Position numbers and translations under genes: made by a program
The notes under the pieces: generated by a model
Databases searched by the model: none
What the model was told of the DNA's origin: nothing
Seen by the model: only the letters and a program-made list of their open reading frames with translations
In this document: piece after piece, positions 34,608 through 48,500 of the stretch
How the letters are laid out: each line of letters starts with the position of its first letter
How positions within the stretch are numbered: the stretch's first letter is position 1
Assembly: GCA_036172245.1 (NCBI GenBank)
Contig: JAYWIR010000034.1
Coordinates: forward strand, 1,116,001-1,180,000
DNA length: 64,000 nucleotides
DNA from: Raillietiella orientalis
Lineage: Eukaryota
Direction of reading: 5' to 3'

Positions 34608-37600
34608 TTTATTTGTTCACTTAAGTAATCCTACAGCTTTTTTTCCTTAAAAGCTTTAAATTTATTTTTTTAAAAGTTCACCGGCTTAATTTCAATTCAT
34701 TGCAAATTCCAAACATGTCTTCAAGAATACATTATAAAAGCAATAAATGACACATTACTAATAACTTTAAAGATGAAAAACTAATACAATACACGCCACT
34801 TTAACATTTCTAGATATAATTTTTGATTTGCAAACAAACAAAGTATTACGAAGCAGATTAATTAATCCATTAATACACACGTAAATTATGCTTTACGAGC
34901 AAACTGATACAACAGGTTGAATCCATTCCTGCATACGATCTCGTCGATCAACCTATCCAAAGAAGCTGAATAAAAGCAGGGTCTCACAGAAACGATATAA
35001 AAAGTTATTACTTAATAGTCAAAAAATACAACAAATTTGACATGAAGTAACAGTGCATTCATAGTACATCAGTTTTTGAGCTTATGTCATATATAAAACC
35101 AACTACGTCCCATTCTAAAAGAAGTTTTCCTATGTATCATATAAGTATCAAAGTATCGTTACAAAATAACTCAATAGTAACTGCCAGTTCACTTGAAAGC
35201 AAATATGCATGTATGTAAAAGTCTATTTCAATAGCGATTATATATATATAGACTTTTATTAAGTTCAAATACTGTATTTTTGAACATCACCGACATGTTT
35301 GCAAATGATTAAACTCGAAGAAATATTTCGTTTGTAGGCAAAAAACGATATGCACATCGCTCGTATTTTGAACAAAGTGTATGTATCATTGAAGACCGTA
35401 CTAGAGAATTTCTATGAAAGGAAATGGGCAATAATGAACAGAAAATCACGAGTAGAATTTGAAGTATTCTGAAAAATGGAAATAGTACGCAGATACAAGT
35501 GTAAATCGAATTCTAATATGAGTGCTATTAGTAAAATAAACAAATAAATGAAAAAAAATAAACAAATTTTCTAGCACTCACTGAAAACAGAAACCATTTA
35601 ATTACCTGCAACAAAAATGAATAATCTTAAGGAAAAAGAATTATAAAGCAATACATACAAAGTTCTGATATTAACACTGATCTTAAACCTTGGGATTTGT
35701 ATATCCCAAACGGAGATGAGGAAAATAAAAGCCTAAATGCAAAATTATGACATTTTTGATGTTATAATTTTCCTGATTGCTATTCGTAATTTTGGTAGCA
35801 GTCTGAAATGAGGAAGGGTGTGATTTGAGGTACAATTGTTATGTACATACTGCAACTCTGAAGTTCTCTAATTTCCATAATGGAATACTCGTAACAAATT
35901 ATTCGGAATCAAATCATGGCCTTCAACTTTTTTCTTGCATTGCAAGTTTCATACTTAAGCACTAAATTCGTGTTGACATATTTGTAGGTCAAAAATTCCA
36001 TTTTGAATTCTTAGGTAGAAGAAAATATTCTTCCATTTAGGAGAGGTTTGACTAAAGTATTCAGCTGGCATGAGAAATAAAGCAGGATTCCATTTGATAT
36101 TGGAAACTCTTGCATGATGCAGTTTTGAATCAGTGCACAATTTTATAAAGAGAATACTTTTCGAGTTAGGATTTCCCTTCTCCATATGAAAAGCCTGATG
36201 TTAGTACTTGCAAACAAGCTTGATGTTCATATTTGTTTTTAATGTCAGTATCTTGTAGTATTAGGTTTCTAACAAAAAAAAAACACGCGCATTAGATAGT
36301 TTTAATGTACAGTGCTTTGGAACTCCGAACAAATTAGTTGTATTAAACCTGAGAATAATTAGAAGGATCATTGTGAAATCCCATCTTGTTAGGAAGTACC
36401 AAAGTGTTCTAATTTCTCGAAATGCAAGTCATGAAGCTTCAGAACCTCTAAACAAATAATTCGCAAGGTTCAATCCATACCACGAAAAAGCAAACTAGTA
36501 TTAGCAGTACCATGCAATGATTAGTTTTATAAGAGAAAGGGCAGTAACAAAGCTGGATAAGCAATCAGATATCATATAAATTTGCAAATCTAGCATTTGT
36601 TGCTGTCTTAAGACAAGAACAGTGTGCAGAAGCTTTTTTCTTTTTCTTTTGTTTTTCCCCCTCTTTCAATTGAACGATGTGGAGTATACTGTGAAATTCG
36701 TACTTCCTTTCATTTCACTTTCCATGGTTTTGAAAAGTAAAATCGAAAACCTGATATAGTAATACTTGAAATGCAAATATTCGAAATAGCGAACCATAAC
36801 GATGGGAAAAGACCATAACGAAATTTTTTTGTGGGAAGAAAAAAAATCAGTTACAATAATACAAATAACGTTTCCATTCAGAGAAAAAATATCATATATT
36901 TAATGAATGTCTTGTTGTGTGACCCAAAGACAACTATTCGTTATGCTGTTCTTTGCAATCGTTCAGAAAAGAAAAAAATCATTAAGGATTCTCGTGCCAG
37001 TATCTATACATTGCTTGCAAATTTGGAATGAATTCGAACCTATTTTTGATTGCAGTTCACTTCAAGGAAGTATCTAATCTTTTACTTTTCTGTGTTTGAT
37101 AATAGGGCACTCTTTGGAATGAAAACCATATAGCTGAAACAGGAAAGCGGTTTACTATCGTCTCATCCTAGACAATTTTCTGTTCACATCAATCTTGTTG
37201 TTCTATTGTTTTTAAATTACTTATGCATGCGATAAAAATTTTACCGATAGCTCCCTGTTCGAGTATCCAGTAGTTAGGGGCAGTGATGAAAGAGTTGCTG
37301 CTAATTGTTTGTATTTGAGCATGGATTTTTCTTTCTAGATTTCTTTTCATTCAATGGGAAGTTGTATGTCGACTTGTTTTTTTTTTTTTTTTCTTATTTT
37401 TTAGGAACCTGAAGTTCAAGTATTCTCATTATTAGGATTCATTTTATTGTGCGATTCTTTCCGTGTTCATTTTGTTGGAAGTTCAGAAAAGAGTCCAGAA
37501 TACTCCGAAAGCTTCAGATACTGCACCTTTGCATTATTTTGAAGTGTTTGGAAATGTCATTCCTACATAAAAGGAACCATTTCAGCTGTCATTGTCCGGA

Positions 37601-38621
37601 CTGTAAACACGGAACAAATTCGTAACGATCGGTTGATCCCTATCGAGCTTTCAAGTTTGCAATATTGCTTTTTTCCTTGGTTTTTTGTCGACAGGTATCT
37701 TGGTCCTTCGGGAAAAGCTTTTTTAAGCAGGATTACCATATCCGTACTGTTCAACCGTGAGGCTAAGGCAACACGATGCTATAAGGAAAAGCAAATGCAA
37801 GCAAAACGTTATAGCAAGTAACACACGTTTCAGGACTTCTACAAGAATCGATACGAAGCGTTCCGATTGCTCTCGTGTTCCATGCTAGGAATTCATGGGT
37901 GGCAGCTGTAAAGCAGATCGGAAGCTCTTCTTGTTTGCACGTCTGTCGGGAAATCACATCTGCGTTGTGGTCATAAGTTATTCGAAATGAGTAATTATGA
38001 GAAAAATATTATTCGAAATGAATAATGTCCCCGTCATCTCCCCTGACCGTGTGGTACTTGATAATCGCTTTGATACAGATGTGCTCATTTGGTCTTAAAC
38101 GAGACTTGCTAAGGTTTGCCTATATCATTTAATTTTAATGTATGCCCATTTTGTAATCTTAATTTTTTTATACCTTATTTGCGTGTTTAGAACTATTGCT
38201 ATTTTGTGTGCCTTTAGTGTCGACTGCGCTGTATTCCAACCAATTTTCGATCGTACATTTGTTAATCATGGAAGCTCATCATTCAACTCACCAATTCTAA
38301 GTGTACTAAACCACAGGACGTGGTTTCAACCGCCCGGCGTTGTCATTCACATTTTACATTATCACTGAATAGGTATTTTAAGGCAAGAAGGACCGTAATA
38401 ATCGAGACGGGCAAGAATATGATAGAATGACTCGAGGAAATTTTATATAATTTTCTTGATTACTACATTAACAGTATTTATATGAAAGAGTTCGGTTGAT
38501 CTTTTGTTGACCAAGGTCTTGGTTTGTGTGCCATAAGATGAAATAAAGGTTCATTTGCTGTTAAAAGAACAATCCCCAAACTGATTTCATCTGAACTCTA
38601 TTACAAATGTCATATATATTT

Positions 38622-41600
38622 CTAGCTGAAATGGAATACGAAACTTCCAGGAAAACCACCTGATCTAGAATTACCAGATATATTAAATATACCAGAATTG
38701 CGAAAAAATGCTTGGAAGATGGTATTTGGATCTATTTCTGGAATACATGTTTACAAATAATCACAGAATTTGCCGAGATCTTTCAATTTACCTGGAAAGT
38801 CCTCCAAATCTTGTCCTTGATCATATCGCTGTCGTTTTTTAGGGTCAGATAACACAGTGTAGGCTTCTCCCACTTCTTTAAATAGCTGTTCTTGCAATTT
38901 TTTCTCATGATCTGGTGCATTTGAGTGTCTGTCTGCATGACCTTGAAAATTACTCAATGTTCACTAGTATTTAGACATGAACCTGGATGATGTAACAATG
39001 CTCTTTTACGGTAAGCTTTTTTGATTTCATCATCTGAAGCTGACTGGGAAATATTAAGAATTTTATAATAATCCTTGCGCTGACTTTTCTTCAGTGCTAG
39101 TTTAGCATCTTGAAGCTTCTGTTGGTATTCTACAAATGGCAGATTGTAAATGGTACGAAAACTGAAACTTAGCAACCTGGACATGGAAATAGTTGGCACA
39201 CTTTTTCATAGTCTCGTACTGATTCTTCATACTGGCACGTATCCATATATGTTTTTGCACGTCTGACATATGCTTTTAAATAATTTGCATCTAATTCAAT
39301 TGCTGATGTGCAGTCTGCAATAGTCTCTGACAATCTTCCAAGCTAAGATGGCATGGTTTATTTTGCTTTGAGTTACTGGAACTCACATTAGCATTTGTTG
39401 TTGCCCGATTAAAGTATAATTTGGCATTTGCGATGTTATTGTTCCTATCAATTTCCAGTGCTTCTGTGTAAATGTCATGTGCCTTGAGCATATCATTTTC
39501 CTTGAAATATTTGTTGCCCTCTTCTCGTTTTGACAGAAGTGCTTTGGCTGTCTATATAGGAGCATGAATATGATTAATTATTTTTCACCTACTCTATATA
39601 GATCAGCAGCTTTTTTGTGATCAGGTGCTAACTTCATCACCATTTGTAAATGGCTGATTGCAGTTTCTGGATGATCTTCATAATAAAGACAATAAGCACG
39701 CACATATAAAGCATCCACATCCTTGTTATCTCGATTTAAAACGGAACTGCAATCGTTACATACATAACTAAGTCATGCTTATATTATGTGAAAACTCACT
39801 CGACTATGACACGAGCTTCCTGAAACCGGTTTAGGTGTATGAGGCTCTCTGCTTTCAGAACTTGCATCCAAGTACATGCTGTGGCTATGTTTAGACACTG
39901 GTTTATGTGGAATAAAGTCTGCAATAAGTCTGATGATAAGTTCTAACACAACAGAATAAAAACCTTTCTAAAATCTTTGTCATTGAAAGCTTTTTGTCCA
40001 GTTTCCAAATGATATTGCAACTTTTGCAGTTTTGCTGATTCTAAATAAATTTCAGGATTGTCTGGTTCTAATTCTTGCACTCTGGCTATAGCACAGTTTG
40101 CTAATCTCATATCTCCTAAAGCTGTAGCACATTTTGCTTCTCTCACATAACCCTAAACAATAGATCAATGTTGTTTATACCCACCAATGTAATTAACAAA
40201 CAATTTCATATTAAAGAAATACTTTCATTGAATTCTTTGGTTTCATGTTTTAATTTCTAATCACGATTATAAGCATTATTTGTACTTTGTCACCAAACAT
40301 GAAAGTTGAAAAGTGACAAAAAATTCGCTCGTAGTGATAAAAAAAGGCAAATAACGTGTGAAAATGGCAAATCATTCATTTCTACATGCTTGTGAATTAT
40401 TGAGTAACAAATTCAACTGTCGGCTGCACATTTAAATACGAGCTTGCTTATTAATCTGGAATGAATAAAGTAAATTTCATATGCAAAGATCTACTCTTGC
40501 TTGAGATGTGCCGTGGTGTGCACTAATACGGATGGTGGATACTTCTTTGTAATTCACTTCTAAAAGTGCAGTTAAAATTCATGTCTTTTTTTTTTTTTTT
40601 CCTCCCAAAAACACATTGGTTGTTCCGTTTTGGTACAACAACAAAAATGCCTAACTAAACAAAACACTTTTGTGAAAATCAGGAGCTTCCAGTGCATAAA
40701 TGATATTATGGAAACTGTGATAGATGTAAGCTAGCAGTATTGTTCATTATTTTCCTAACAAAATAATGAAAGACACAAATTTTACATAAAATATTTGATG
40801 CTATTAGTGGCAAGGTAAGAAGAGTAAGTTCGTATAAGAATGAAAACTGCGAGGAAGATTGGATATCATTTTTCATCATTAATTTTTCTAAGATGCTCAA
40901 AAAAGAAACGAGAATAAAACATCAATGAAGTTCAATGAAGGCACAGCAAAAAAACAATAGGTATAATAAAAATCGCACAGTTATGCTGGGTAATTGACAA
41001 TTTTAAAAGCAATAACCTGGATAAAGCATTACTTAAAATCAGGATATTTTTTCTTTTGTTCATTGCAGAAAAATTTCATTCTAAAATAATTAACAATTTT
41101 TTAAATAAGCATTTTCTAGCAGGCAAAGATGTTCAAATCAAAATTAAATTTTCAAATTTCAAATTCTGAGTTTCTTCTGGAGGTGCACTGTAAACTGAGT
41201 TCCTTGTTTGTTTCTTCTGAACAGTAAAACAGCTTCCTCGAAATAATGAATGCAAACTTTGAATTTGAAAAGCATTACAATTATTTACTGGATGCTTCTA
41301 TATTTTCTGCAGAAATATCAGACAGAATGTTTTGCAGACTTAAAGTTTGAAAAGACTTCAAAATCTATTCACCATGTCATATTAATGTATTATATACATA
41401 TAACTTATATAGCTGTATATACACATGTATATAGTTTACATCTTTTGCATAGAATTAAAAAATAATTACTTAGTAATAATGATATTTTTCAAACTACATA
41501 CAAATGAGCGATTTCATGTCTCATGAATTAAGCATTTCTAAGTCAAGATAAAACCCTCTTGAATGAATGTAATGAAGAACTCATTTATATTGTCTGCGGT

Positions 41601-44600
41601 AAATTTAATTATCTTATACATTATCTCTTTTTCATTTTTCATATCTGTGACTGCTGGAATTATCAAAACATTCTCCAACAATTATCTTCAAATATCAATA
41701 TATACAGATAATCGTATACACACAATCAATCACAATGCCATCATTATATTTCAGTATGCAAGCAAACAAGCAAAACTTATGGTAATTAGTTACATGCATT
41801 TTGTAATATTAAAGTTTTGAACAACATGAAAATTCATGTACATAAACAAATTACCTGACGAGGCATTGTGTGTGAAATTGCGTGATAATTTAATTAAAAA
41901 AAAAATAAAAACCTACTGACATATACATCTAATATTTATTTGTGATTTCAAGAGTTCTCAGTCTAATGCTGAAATGCTTAATGTTTGGCTGGTGTTCATT
42001 TATTATTCTTCCTTATAAAATATGCTACATGCTTCAGCTTTTCCATAAACACTGACATTCAGAAAGTGCTCTCAAATTTTGGGTCCATGAAATTGCCTTC
42101 CAATCTGTTTTCATCACATGGTAATTTTATCAGCACTAGATGAATCAGTATCTTACAATTAGCTAAACAAATATGAAATACTCATTTACAAAACTTGATT
42201 CTATTTCTACTGAAATATCTGAATTTCCAGATTGAATAGGAACAAATAAGCAGGGTTTTTCTACCAAGAAAAAGGGAGAGAGAAAAAACTTCTAGAAACA
42301 TCCGATAAATATTCATCATTATTTAAAATGGTACACACAATCTGGGGCACTAATTTCTACATGCAAAACTTAACTTTCATACATTGTAATTGCCAAGAAT
42401 AACCTCAAAAATAACTAAAACATTGTATGGTCCACACTTCTACAAATTGGACAATGTAAACAGCAACTCGTGGAACATTTTTCATTCACTTTTCACTCAG
42501 AGTTTTGGTTTATAATAAATAACAGAAGATAAAAAAAAGTTACAAAGACACATGTTTACAAATTGGTCAACAAATATGCATTTGTATTTTACTACATACA
42601 ATCAAAATCTTTATTGATATGCATTTTGGTATCTTAACCCCCAAATGCACATTTATGAGATTTAAATGACGAGAATATTTTTAACAAAGAATATTTTTTA
42701 ATTTGAATTATATTTTATTTTTAGTTTCTTTGTATAAAAAAAAAGTAAAAAATGGTTACAACTAAAAAAGCACGAAACATTATTGCATGCTGAAGAAATA
42801 TACAATTCTAATTACGAACAACGATAATATAATAATAATAATACATACAAGAAAATGATGGGAATTTATTTTATGAAGGAGCCTTATGAGCTCTTTGCAA
42901 TAACATTTTTCATACTGAAGTCACAAGGATTCAATGAAATGCATACCTTTACAAAACTAGAATCAATATTTGTTGAATTTTTTGCATCTTCCAATGCATC
43001 ATTGAATTTTCCTATCATCATATAACAAGCTGCTCGGTTACTATATGCTGCACAGGTAGGATATAAATCTAAAAAAAATTCTCTTTAGTCCTTTACCAAT
43101 TCATAAAAGGGTGTTACTTCTATAGTTGCAAATGCTACTTGTTTATTACTGGGTATTTAGTAAATGTTATGATGCTGCCTGTACATAAAAACTCACTTTT
43201 CACAGAAATGAATACAAAAAGGCTGATGAAAGTTGAACCAGACATACCATTAATTTTTATGTAAATTTAAAATTTTATTGTTTATATTCATTACAAACTA
43301 TGATGCATTGAAATCATAACACCAACAATCACAAGCACGACAAGTATGATGCAAACATACGCATCTGTTCATACCTTAAATGCAACTAATTATTATTCAT
43401 ATGGGAAAAATTCAAGATTCTCTTTTAGTTTGTTTTATATATTTCGTGCTCAAAGAACTGATTGATTTCTAGTTTAAATTGGACTTTTATGGTTTTCAGA
43501 TTCTGTCTAAATAATGATCAGTCAGACATTTAATTGATACTCTTTGAAATTCTAACTACTGTAAGAATGTGAAAAGCCAAAAATAATTGAGTTTTATGAT
43601 TTCTCAACACAAAGAATAACGAAAATTTTTTATAAGATAAACTGAGAATTGCAATACATTTAATGTTGTTGCACTCTGTGATTCATCATGTTTTTCTTTA
43701 CTTTAAGTTCACTATGAGCATTGAGCTCTCAGCCAGTTTTTTTTTTTTTTTCCCCCCTGATTTTAACCACAGCAATTTCATTAGGTAAAAGAATCATTCC
43801 ACTTTTGAACATTTAATCTATTTTTATAGTCTTCAGCACTTCAAATTAAATTTCTAAACTCGACTCATTAACTACCTCAGGGGTTTTAACATGAAAAAGT
43901 TAACATATTATACTATTATTCAGAAGATTATTTAGATTGCTGCTCGTTGGTGGTATAACAGCTCCGAATGAATATAAATTTATAATAAAGTGAAATCATA
44001 AATTACTAAATTCACTTTGTATGCACTTTTTCGAATTTTTGTTCTACACAATTCACACTTATAGTTCTTTTCAGTGTACACAAATACTCCTCTAAGGGTT
44101 AACGAACTTCTATCCAATTTTCACCATAAAAAAATGCACTATTCAATCAATTCACCAACTGTTCCATCAGATGAAACAATGACATTGTGCATGCTATGAG
44201 AAATGCTTTCATTTCTTAATGTTTTTCTTAAACTCCTTTTACTGCTGCATCATCAGAATAAAACGCTCAAGCAATATTCTGTTCACAGATCATTCTAAAA
44301 GTTGGCTACTACACTTACTCTTCAATACATTCATCATAAGCAAAAAATCAAAAATCAAACCCTTTTAAAACAGAATGTATTTAATTTAACAGTAAATTTA
44401 ACTTCCTGATATCACATTCGGAATAAATTTTCTGATTATTTAACCTACTAATAGCTTCTGTATAATGCTTCAGAGCTCCGAAATAATCTTTTTTCTTGAA
44501 TAATGCATTTCCAGATTCTTTTTTGCTATCTGAAAGTCTGCAAAAAAATGTTAAATAAGATGAATGAATTTCTGGAAAGTACTTTTTTATCATATTAAAT

Positions 44601-45506
44601 AATTCATAAATACAGATTGTCAAATTCATTTGCAGTCTTCACAAAAGTAAAGACCTTTTGTATCAAAGAAAAGCAATGAAATTGTGATATGCAAATTTCT
44701 CAGATAATTCTGCAGTCTCAAGTATTCAGAAATCACACAAAAATAGATGCCATCGAATATTCAGTTATTAAACATGCATATTCACTGAATAATCTAAGCA
44801 TTTGAAGATAAAAGAGTACTGTGAAGTCTTTAAACTCGAGCTTTTTTGGGTATTGTTCATTTTGGTGGACACTGTTTTTAAATCAAGACCTGCTACAGAA
44901 TTTTATACTCTATGGAAGACTAGTTGTCTAATTAAAATTTTTATAGATGCTAGTCTCTCAGAAGAATCTGAACACTTTAATTCTCTACGTGTGAACGTTG
45001 ACAACATTCTTAATTGGCAAGAGTACCTTTTCCAAAACAAAATGCCACTCTGTAGCATCCAAAAGTTCAAATACCATGCATTGCGTGCATATAAGAAAAA
45101 AGATCCTACCATTTCTAATTATTTGCATCATTCATTATTAATTAAAGCCACTACACTAGATTCTTAATAAGTTACAATATATGCAAACAAGGGTATAAAT
45201 ACAGGACTACAACTCTGATACAGCATTATGGAAAAAGCTATGAATTCAAGATTCCAAACAAATCAAATTTTATTCAAATTCTCAATCTCAATGTCCTCTA
45301 TTCTCTGTGCATTTGCAAGAAACCAAAAGGTAGATTTTATTTTAACACACTTGATTATTTGAATAATTCAACTTCTTTCAATAAAACAAAAACAAGAAAG
45401 AATATAATACTGGTAGGTATTTATGGTATGTAACTTACCTCTGAAATTCCAAGTCATCTTTGATGTTTTCAAAATTGGAATCATTTGCATTTGAAGTTGT
45501 TTCCAT
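38622..45506 (-). CDS. DNAJC7: DnaJ homolog subfamily C member 7 (TPR2), TPR repeats plus C-terminal J domain, 491 aa, 11 exons
   Basis: Exons: 45506-45439, 44537-44449, 43068-42947, 40152-39964, 39918-39800, 39746-39593, 39551-39387, 39342-39177, 39129-38983, 38932-38792, 38737-38622 (1476 nt, phases consistent). TPR motifs: [33 protein letters not shown] domain: [13 protein letters not shown]...[17 protein letters not shown]...[23 protein letters not shown]-rich tail [10 protein letters not shown]...SFVFHFS*. Confidence 0.96.
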
Positions 45507-48500
45507 TTTCAATGATGAGGCACAATCAAATAATTACAGCTTACTCCAGTTGACAACTGAAAAATTTTACTAATGTACCCCCTGATGATATATAATTATT
45601 TCCAAATGCCATATACATATTCTTAAGGATGAAACCATTTCATACTAGTCTATTACACCTAATTTCAATACAAGTAAAGAGCCAGTGAGAAATAAAGTCT
45701 TATCCAATGAAGAATTTTGCCAACCAATCAACGAGTACTTTCCCCTATTCTAACATTTACCCTGAAAACCATTTACTTTATCAAATCAATTATTGAACAT
45801 GAAACATGCATTTTGCAACAGACGCTGTTGAATAGTGATTCATCCAAAGTATATTCATGAATGCGGTCATTACAGATAACCATTTATTTGGGAAAGTGAA
45901 AATAATATTCGGTACAAATTTTTGCTCCATTCACAGACCGACCGCTTACACTCAGCGTTGCTGCAAACTACGAGCCAGCAGCAGTCAGTAAGACCGATGC
46001 ACTGCATAATGAAGACAAAATAACATTTTTGGATTTTTTTTGAATAAAAACTTTATTTGAAATAAGTCAAACGTATCTCCTTAATTTAATATCTATGGGG
46101 CTCTGTTTCATAAAAGTTAGAAGAACATTACACAGAAAATCAAAATTCTAACAATGCAAAAGGGCTTTCGTGATGGAACTAAGTTCTACAAATTACTGTA
46201 CGAAAATACCGAGAACATATCATCTATCTATGCTTCCACGGCACAAATTCTTCTCGTATTTTGATCAAATGTGTGTAAAAAGAACATTACTGAAAAATAA
46301 TGCCAGGACAAAAGCTTTGGGCCCTCTTTCAAGTAGAGTATTAATGATATTGGAACGCATATTTTTGGTATGGCTCCTACAAACAAATTTCGATAGCATT
46401 TGATTCTGTGAAAAAAGGTTCAAGTACAAAATAGTACTTTCCTTGCTAAAGTTCTTGCAGAAAGAAGGGAATCAGTGCGAATTTTTTTTCCTGCATTGTG
46501 GAGATGTATAAAAATCACAAAGGTGTACTACCATAGTGTTTACTTATAAACGACTGTACATATGTTAGAGAAGAAGCTGCGGTAGCTCAGCAATTTGAAA
46601 TGGAAATCGACACCTTGGAAACATCAGAGACTGCTCCTTATGTTGAAGTACTTTTGGAATATCTGCTTTTCCACTGAGAGTGTAAGTAACAGAAAGTCTA
46701 TAGGAAATGCCCACTTTGTTTCATCAGTCTGAATAGTTCCAAAACGAAACAAACGGTCAGAAACAGAATGGAAACGATTACGAGTAATGCTGCCCAAAAT
46801 AGTGCATGGAAGCATATTACATTCCTATTTTATTTCCATATTTTATTGAGAGGAATATCAAAATTGAGACGACCGTAAACTAGAGTTGGAGGAAGCTGAC
46901 AGTGATATTAAGCTGGTTGGTTTTTATGATGCACCATACTTATACACAGTAGAGCAATTGGTTTCCAATTCCTACTTCCTATTCTTAATTTTCTTCTTTC
47001 TTTCTGTATCAACGATTGTGAATTGTCAAAGGATCCTGAAAGATAATTTAGAAGCTGAACAAGTGCTTTTTCTGGTTGAATCACAGAGATTCATGTTTGG
47101 TTCACCTATAGGTTAGGTATGTGAGGTAGGTATAATAGAATTTACGATTCAGAGAAATTAATAGATAAATGATAAACACATTGATAATATGATTGTTATT
47201 GGATAAATACATTTGATAAATAAATCTATTTTGATATTCTTATTTTATTTATATTCTGATTTCACAGTAATTTCTGTGAGTAATGGATTAGATTATTGAT
47301 AGTACCAACAAATCGAAATGCTTGCAAACTACAAGTTTTTAACTTTTTAAGCAAAGTTTCAGTTTACTCCAATAAATGCATTGAGAGTATGAAATTCATC
47401 AAACTCTACACGCTGATCAGTGTTTTGCGAGAGCTTTCAGAGTCATCCGCTTATGTGTAAGGATTCCCATTTGAAGTAAGAAACCCCCCCCAAAAAATTC
47501 TCCATCTGCAAAGTTCTTGAAAAACCGTTTAAAAATAAAGGATTCCACAAGTGAAGAAATTCATGAAGCCATATAATTCATTAATTGAATCTTTGTATTG
47601 TGAAAGGGTCTAAAGGATACTAAAAATGTATTTATATATATATTAATATCCTAACTAATACTACATGTTGAGCAATCTGCAATGACTTTTTAAAAGTGAT
47701 ACTAGCATATAATGTAATGATAAAGCATATAATATATATAATGTATAAAGTCATGAAAACCCATCACTATTTATCAAAGGTTAGTATGAAATCAATATAA
47801 ACATAGAGAAGATCTATCAAGGGATTTCTTTTTCTTATGGAAAAATGTCAAAGTGAATATAGTTCAAAAAATAAAAGAGCAGGGTTCCCATTAATGAATA
47901 ATTTTCTTCATCTGGGAAATCTTTCGGAAAACAATTTTGGAAATTTCATACCATAAGGATGGGAGAAGAAATAGCAAATCATTAAAGCAGATATAGATAA
48001 TTTGAACTCTCGAACCATAAGGAGCAGCACACAGAATTTCTCTTTAAATAGTAACTATGATACTAGCTATCTAATTCATTTAAATAAAAGGAAGAAGCAA
48101 ACAAAATCGTTCGAAAGTTTGCAAAAATGGAAAGATGAGTAGATTTTCAGTGACATTGCATGTAATAAATATCTTTTGGGAAGATTTATCTATAGTCTTG
48201 TCAAAACTCACATAAGAGAAGGGAAAACAAGTTTCTCAGAAAGAGATCATTTGATCTCATTTTCTAAGATGTTCAGATCTAGAATACGATATCAGATGGT
48301 CAGATCTTAGATCATATCAAATTTATTGTTTACAGATATGCAACCACTTTCATTATGGTACTCGCATCATTCTAATATCAATCTCTTCCTACAGTGCTAA
48401 TTGAAAATCTGGAAAGGAAACAAAAGTAGGTGTCTAAAATTTTATGATTAACAAATGAGATTTTGTTTACAGAACATAACTAAAGTACTCTTTCTTCAAA

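Noticed and set aside
34408..34650. 80-aa plus-strand ORF
   Set aside because: Antisense shadow of NDUFB6 exon 1.
37978..38024. Short direct duplications (ttattcgaaatga x2; similar cases near 12650, 17240-17275, 23580, 24730 and 36795)
   Set aside because: Two-copy 10-20-nt duplications consistent with ordinary slippage; no higher-order structure.
43850..43880. let-7-like TGAGGTAGT seed on the DNAJC7 intron sense strand (also on plus near 10425 and 11644)
   Set aside because: Match limited to about 9 nt with no complementary star arm or hairpin.
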